In this document: positions 28,356 through 32,124 of the stretch, piece after piece
Layout of the letters: every line of letters starts with the position of its first letter
Position numbering within the stretch: the first letter of the stretch is position 1
Source of the DNA: a virus
Taxonomy: Duplodnaviria; Heunggongvirae; Uroviricota; Caudoviricetes
Strand: one strand, 5' to 3'
Virus record (IMG/VR): IMGVR_UViG_2877953467_000004
Location: 1 to 32,124 of that record
DNA length: 32,124 nt
Notes under the pieces: model-generated
The model's database searches: none
What the model was told of the DNA's origin: nothing
Seen by the model: only the letters and a program-made list of their open reading frames with translations
Position numbers and translations under genes: made by a program

Positions 28356-28522
28356 TTTGACTTTCTCTGTTTCCTCGTGGTCAATTCAGACAGCAATTCG
28401 TCTTGTGAATGACATGGATGCCAGCGTTTTCCATCCTCACCCATGATCCAGCCGTGACCGTAGTGCATTGCCGGGCTTTGCTTTACCAGCAGCGATGCAA
28501 ATGATGGTTCTTTCGTCAGCAT
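28226..28522 (-). CDS. Hypothetical early protein; C-terminal part overlaps the next ORF, possible frameshift
   Basis: ATG at 28522 with GAGG RBS just after the cII stop; the last ~40 codons look low-complexity and overlap 28131..28355. Confidence 0.4.
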   Translation of the reverse strand: MLTKEPSFASLLVKQSPAMHYGHGWIMGEDGKRWHPCHSQDELLSELTTRKQRKSKCMQRKVKWFISFVTEGRVIQYLKMICSVVIRRCRAMAVTFSR

Positions 28523-28529
28523 AAGCACC

Positions 28530-29039
28530 TCACAGCAACCCGAATGAAGCACCGAGACCAGTTACGGTATCAACTGCACTTGCCATCGCAGGATTAGCCT
28601 GTAAACGGGCCTGCAATGAAACAGCAGCCAGCGCCATCAGTCGTGTAACAGAGTTAATGCTGCTGATCGCATCACGACGGCCTGCACTGGTTTTTACATC
28701 GCCAGAAACCGCACCAGCCGCGACACGCCCTATCTCTGCAGTTGCACTCATGACGTAATGCGGTAGTTTCTCTTTTGCCACCTCATTAATCGGAACACAT
28801 GGCAGACAATGAATCTGTGCCAGAAAACCATCTACCAGCGTTGAATCTTCAGTCAGATCGGTAAGTAGCCAGATATCTCGTGCAGTGAGCTGATGCGGTT
28901 GTTCCGGGTTCAGCTTGTTACGCAGCGTCTGGACGTTCATTCCCGCGAGTTCTGCTAGCTTCGCCATATTGTGACGTAGTGCAAAAGCTCTACAGGCTTC
29001 ATCAAAATGCGGATGTTTGGAAATCTTGTAATCAAACAT
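28530..29039 (-). CDS. cII: CII-like lysogeny-establishment regulator
   Basis: 169-aa protein (same length as 186 CII) with an N-terminal HTH (KLAELAGMNVQTLRNKL), directly downstream of apl. Confidence 0.8.
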   Translation of the reverse strand: MFDYKISKHPHFDEACRAFALRHNMAKLAELAGMNVQTLRNKLNPEQPHQLTARDIWLLTDLTEDSTLVDGFLAQIHCLPCVPINEVAKEKLPHYVMSATAEIGRVAAGAVSGDVKTSAGRRDAISSINSVTRLMALAAVSLQARLQANPAMASAVDTVTGLGASFGLL

Positions 29040-29071
29040 GGTGCTCCCTTAGAAAGTTCCCATAATTGAAA

Positions 29072-29314
29072 TTACTTACCAACAATGACGCGGAAGTTGG
29101 AATGACCGAGGGATTCACGGACCTGATCAGTTTTGTACATCAGATAACGCAGGCTTACGCGGCCTTTGTTTTTTTCTTTCTTGACCATGTACTTAGCGAG
29201 TTGACCATGGTGAATTTTTTGGTAAACAGACCCGCGGGAAATCCCTTCCCATTCAGCGAATTCAGCAGGCGTAGCCATCTCTTTTGGTACACGAATTGAA
29301 ATATCTGTGCTCAT
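29072..29314 (-). CDS. apl: Apl/Cox-like excisionase and repressor of the lysogenic promoter
   Basis: 80-aa HTH protein (ATPAEFAEWEGISRGSVYQKIHHGQL), first gene of the lytic operon, divergent from cI. Confidence 0.8.
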   Translation of the reverse strand: MSTDISIRVPKEMATPAEFAEWEGISRGSVYQKIHHGQLAKYMVKKEKNKGRVSLRYLMYKTDQVRESLGHSNFRVIVGK

Positions 29315-29350
29315 AGTGCAGTATCTCTTGGTTTAAGCTCGTTTTATGAT

Positions 29351-29390
29351 GTTTAACCCCAACTTCTAAACTCTCATATTAGAAGTTAAA
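29351..29390. promoter_or_regulatory. Switch-region operator-like palindrome between apl and cI
   Basis: GTTTAAC-ccc-AACTTCTAA ... TTAGAAGTTAAAC, an imperfect inverted repeat with a perfect 9-bp core. Confidence 0.35.
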
Positions 29391-29491
29391 CACAAAAATA
29401 CGATCTCGTTATTGGATTGTCAAATGGAGAGTTCATCTTGAAGATTAGTACAGGTGCAAATACGGGAGGGAGAGAGACCATCAAAAGGCTG

Positions 29492-30067
29492 ATGACAGCC
29501 TATGGTTTCAACACTCAGATAGCGTTGGTTGAACACCTCGAAGCATCAAAAAGCACCATGGCAAACAGGATGTTACGTGATAGCTTCCCTGCTGACTGGG
29601 TTATTCAATGTGCCCTTGAAACAGGTATTTCTCTTCTTTGGCTGACAACGGGCCAAGGGGAAATGTATCCTCAAACAGAAGAAAAAAATAAGTTCAAAAA
29701 CGAGAGTTCACCTATAGTTCGCCCCCTTTCAAAGATAGTTATCCCATCAGTAAGGCAGGCAACCATTGAGAACGGAACGCTCGAAGAGATGGGGGATGTT
29801 TTCCTTGATCAGACTTTGATACCCGGAAAAGCCGAATATTGTTTGTACGTCAAAGCTAACGACGGCAATTACATTGTTGATACATCAACAAAACAGCTTA
29901 GTAACGGAATTTGGCTCATAGACATCGACGGTATGAAAAACATCGTCAAAATTGCGCGCATACCTGGAAACAAAATAGTAGTTAACCAAGATGACACTTC
30001 ATTTGAATGTTCTGTAGATGATGTGGAAGTCGTAGGACGTGCAGTCAAAGTAATCAAGAACCTCTAA
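29492..30067 (+). CDS. cI: Immunity repressor CI (186-type)
   Basis: N-terminal HTH (FNTQIALVEHLEASKSTMANRM); ATG at 29492 gives 191 aa, close to the 192-aa size of 186 CI as I recall it; immediately upstream of int. Confidence 0.8.
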   Translation: MTAYGFNTQIALVEHLEASKSTMANRMLRDSFPADWVIQCALETGISLLWLTTGQGEMYPQTEEKNKFKNESSPIVRPLSKIVIPSVRQATIENGTLEEMGDVFLDQTLIPGKAEYCLYVKANDGNYIVDTSTKQLSNGIWLIDIDGMKNIVKIARIPGNKIVVNQDDTSFECSVDDVEVVGRAVKVIKNL

Positions 30068-30070
30068 CTT

Positions 30071-31090
30071 ATGACCATCAGAAAACAGCCGAACGGAAAA
30101 TGGTTGTGTGAGTGCTATCCCAATGGACGCAATGGTAAGCGCGTGCGTAAGCAATTTGCTACCAAAGGCGAAGCTATTGCATTTGAAAGCTTCACAATGG
30201 AAGAAGTGAACAAAAAACCATGGCTGGGGGAAAAGGAAGATCGGCGACATTTATCAGAATTAATTGAGCTGTGGTATTCCCTGTATGGTCAAACACTCAC
30301 AGACCCCAAGCGCCTCATGGCGAAACTTAGTATTATCTGTAATGGTCTAGGCGATCCCATCGCTTCAGAACTGACAGCCGGTGACTTTACGAAATACCGC
30401 GAAGCACGGTTAAAAGGTGAAGTACGAAATGAAGATGGCACGCTTATGTCGCCCGTTAAGCCCCGCACGGTAAACCTTGAACAGCGCAATCTATCATCTG
30501 TTTTTGGTACACTGAAAAAGCTGGGCCACTGGTCAGCCCCCAACCCGCTTGCCGGGCTGCCAACATTTAAAATTGCTGAGAGTGAATTGGCGTTCCTGAC
30601 CCCGGAAGAAATTAAACGTCTGCTGGATGCCTGTGCTGATTCTCAAAACTCTAGTCTGCTGACGGTTGCAAAAATATGTCTGGCCACCGGCGCGAGATGG
30701 AGTGAAGCCGAAAACCTGCAGGGCCATCAATTATCAAAATACCGGATCACCTACACCAAAACTAAAGGCAAGAAAAACCGAACCGTACCGATATCTCAGG
30801 AGCTATATGAAGAACTCCCCAAAAACAGAGGGAAACTATTCACGCCCTGCAGAAAAGCTTTTGAGCGCGCAGTAAAACGAGCCGGTATAGACCTGCCTGA
30901 AGGCCAGTGCACACACGTGTTGCGCCATACATTCGCCAGTCACTTCATGATGAATGGCGGAAACATATTGGTACTACGCGATATTCTTGGTCACTCTGAT
31001 ATAAAAATGACGATGGTTTATGCTCATTTTTCGCCAGATCATTTAGAAGATGCTGTAACAAAAAATCCACTGGCTATGTTGGGATACTGA
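30071..31090 (+). CDS. int: Tyrosine integrase (P2/186 family)
   Basis: 339-aa ORF with the catalytic-box pattern R...HxxRH...Y (HVLRHTFASH...VYAHF). Confidence 0.93.
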   Translation: MTIRKQPNGKWLCECYPNGRNGKRVRKQFATKGEAIAFESFTMEEVNKKPWLGEKEDRRHLSELIELWYSLYGQTLTDPKRLMAKLSIICNGLGDPIASELTAGDFTKYREARLKGEVRNEDGTLMSPVKPRTVNLEQRNLSSVFGTLKKLGHWSAPNPLAGLPTFKIAESELAFLTPEEIKRLLDACADSQNSSLLTVAKICLATGARWSEAENLQGHQLSKYRITYTKTKGKKNRTVPISQELYEELPKNRGKLFTPCRKAFERAVKRAGIDLPEGQCTHVLRHTFASHFMMNGGNILVLRDILGHSDIKMTMVYAHFSPDHLEDAVTKNPLAMLGY

Positions 31091-31092
31091 TA

Positions 31093-32124
31093 ATGGAAAA
31101 AAGCATTAGCACATTTATGTACCTATCCGTTTTATTAGGTTGTATATTCTTATTTATAAAATATCGACTTTATGTTCTCGATCATAGAAGCCTGTTCCAA
31201 CAACCCTTGTTCTGGGCTGCAATAGGCCTACCTTTATTCACCAGCCTTTACTTTGGTTCTTTTGTCTGGATAGATAAAATACACTCTTTTAGTCTTACAA
31301 GTCACGGTTATGAGAGATTTTTAGATATCTCGAAATTACCATTACTCATCCTTGCATCTGCAGTACCTTTAGTTTCAATAGTAAACAACCTACACAGAAC
31401 CAAACAAACAGAAAAACAGATCTCAGAGGCAGAAAGGAAAAACAGGGTAGATTTATATTACAACCACATGAAATTTCATCTTGATTTATATAAAAAAATC
31501 GAAGGAAAAAGAATAGGCAGCTACTACCCGGTTCAGGAAGCTCAAGCTGAAGCAATCTACCAACATTTTATAAAACATCCACAAGAACTATATAGAAAAG
31601 CATACCCACAATCTACGCCTGATGATTCTCAACAATTAGATATTAATGAGCAATTTGTTATTGATTTACACAAATGTTGGGTAGAAATCAACGCAAGACT
31701 CAAGCAATTATCCGAGAGTGAAAATCAAATACATCCTACAGAGGAACTTTGCACAACAAAGATGAGAATATTTGTAGGAGTTATGATTATTTATGAAAAA
31801 ACTTGTAAACTGTTGTGTTTAGGTGGATTTCATTATAAAAAGTCATTTGTAATAAATGATAGTTATAATAAATACCAAGTTTATTCACCATTTTATGATT
31901 TTGGCACTCTGTACGAATCACTGCAATCCTTAGAAGAGATAACCTACGCCTTCTTGGATACTTGCAGAAATGAAGTGGTAAACTTGTACTTCCCTATAGA
32001 AGATAAAATTTTGATATATGGTGAAGGGATTCTAGAGAATTGGTTCAAGTATTCTCAGTTCTTGATCACTATAGCTTATCAACCCGCCAAGATGTCTCGC
32101 TTACCCCAGCTGAGACGCGATTGA
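31093..32124 (+). CDS. A+T-rich membrane-anchored protein of unknown function; prophage-end cargo candidate
   Basis: 343-aa ORF starting 2 nt after the int stop; three predicted N-terminal TM helices then a helical soluble domain; abrupt drop in G+C at the int stop. Confidence 0.65.
   Translation: MEKSISTFMYLSVLLGCIFLFIKYRLYVLDHRSLFQQPLFWAAIGLPLFTSLYFGSFVWIDKIHSFSLTSHGYERFLDISKLPLLILASAVPLVSIVNNLHRTKQTEKQISEAERKNRVDLYYNHMKFHLDLYKKIEGKRIGSYYPVQEAQAEAIYQHFIKHPQELYRKAYPQSTPDDSQQLDINEQFVIDLHKCWVEINARLKQLSESENQIHPTEELCTTKMRIFVGVMIIYEKTCKLLCLGGFHYKKSFVINDSYNKYQVYSPFYDFGTLYESLQSLEEITYAFLDTCRNEVVNLYFPIEDKILIYGEGILENWFKYSQFLITIAYQPAKMSRLPQLRRD

Larger units (their letters stand above)
1066..32124. 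mobile_element. P2/186-hybrid prophage adjacent to ssrA; right boundary not determinable in this window
   Basis: Contiguous P2-order late genes, 186-type switch, tum and int; left junction at or near the ssrA 3' end; no duplicate att core could be located. Confidence 0.8.

Noticed and set aside
31040-31100. attL overlapping the 3' end of int
   Set aside because: No similarity between the int 3' end or its immediate downstream sequence and the ssrA 3' terminus; the att core cannot be placed here from this window.
1-32124. CRISPR arrays, tRNA or rRNA genes
   Set aside because: No regularly spaced direct repeats and no tRNA- or rRNA-like sequence were seen; ssrA is the only structured RNA recognised.

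Overview
The window holds the host genes smpB (1-483) and ssrA/tmRNA (703-1065), followed by an apparently complete P2/186-type myovirus prophage that runs to the right edge. Reading left to right: a small BRCT-like cargo gene, then ogr and the tail genes D-U-T-E/E'-FII-FI, a Mu G-segment-like silent tail-fibre cassette, tail-fibre assembly and fibre genes, baseplate genes I-J-W-V, S-R, the lysis cassette, head genes X-L-M-N-O, divergent terminase P and portal Q, a cos region, a LexA-boxed tum/dinI-like pair, replication gene A, a Dam methyltransferase, small early genes, a 186-style cII-apl / cI-int switch, and finally an A+T-rich membrane-protein gene directly after int. All assignments rest on reading the translated ORFs and motifs by eye; no database search was run. 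The candidates most worth follow-up are the two att-proximal cargo genes (1189-1671 and 31093-32124) and the invertase-less tail-fibre inversion cassette (8957-10731). No CRISPR array, rRNA or tRNA was seen.
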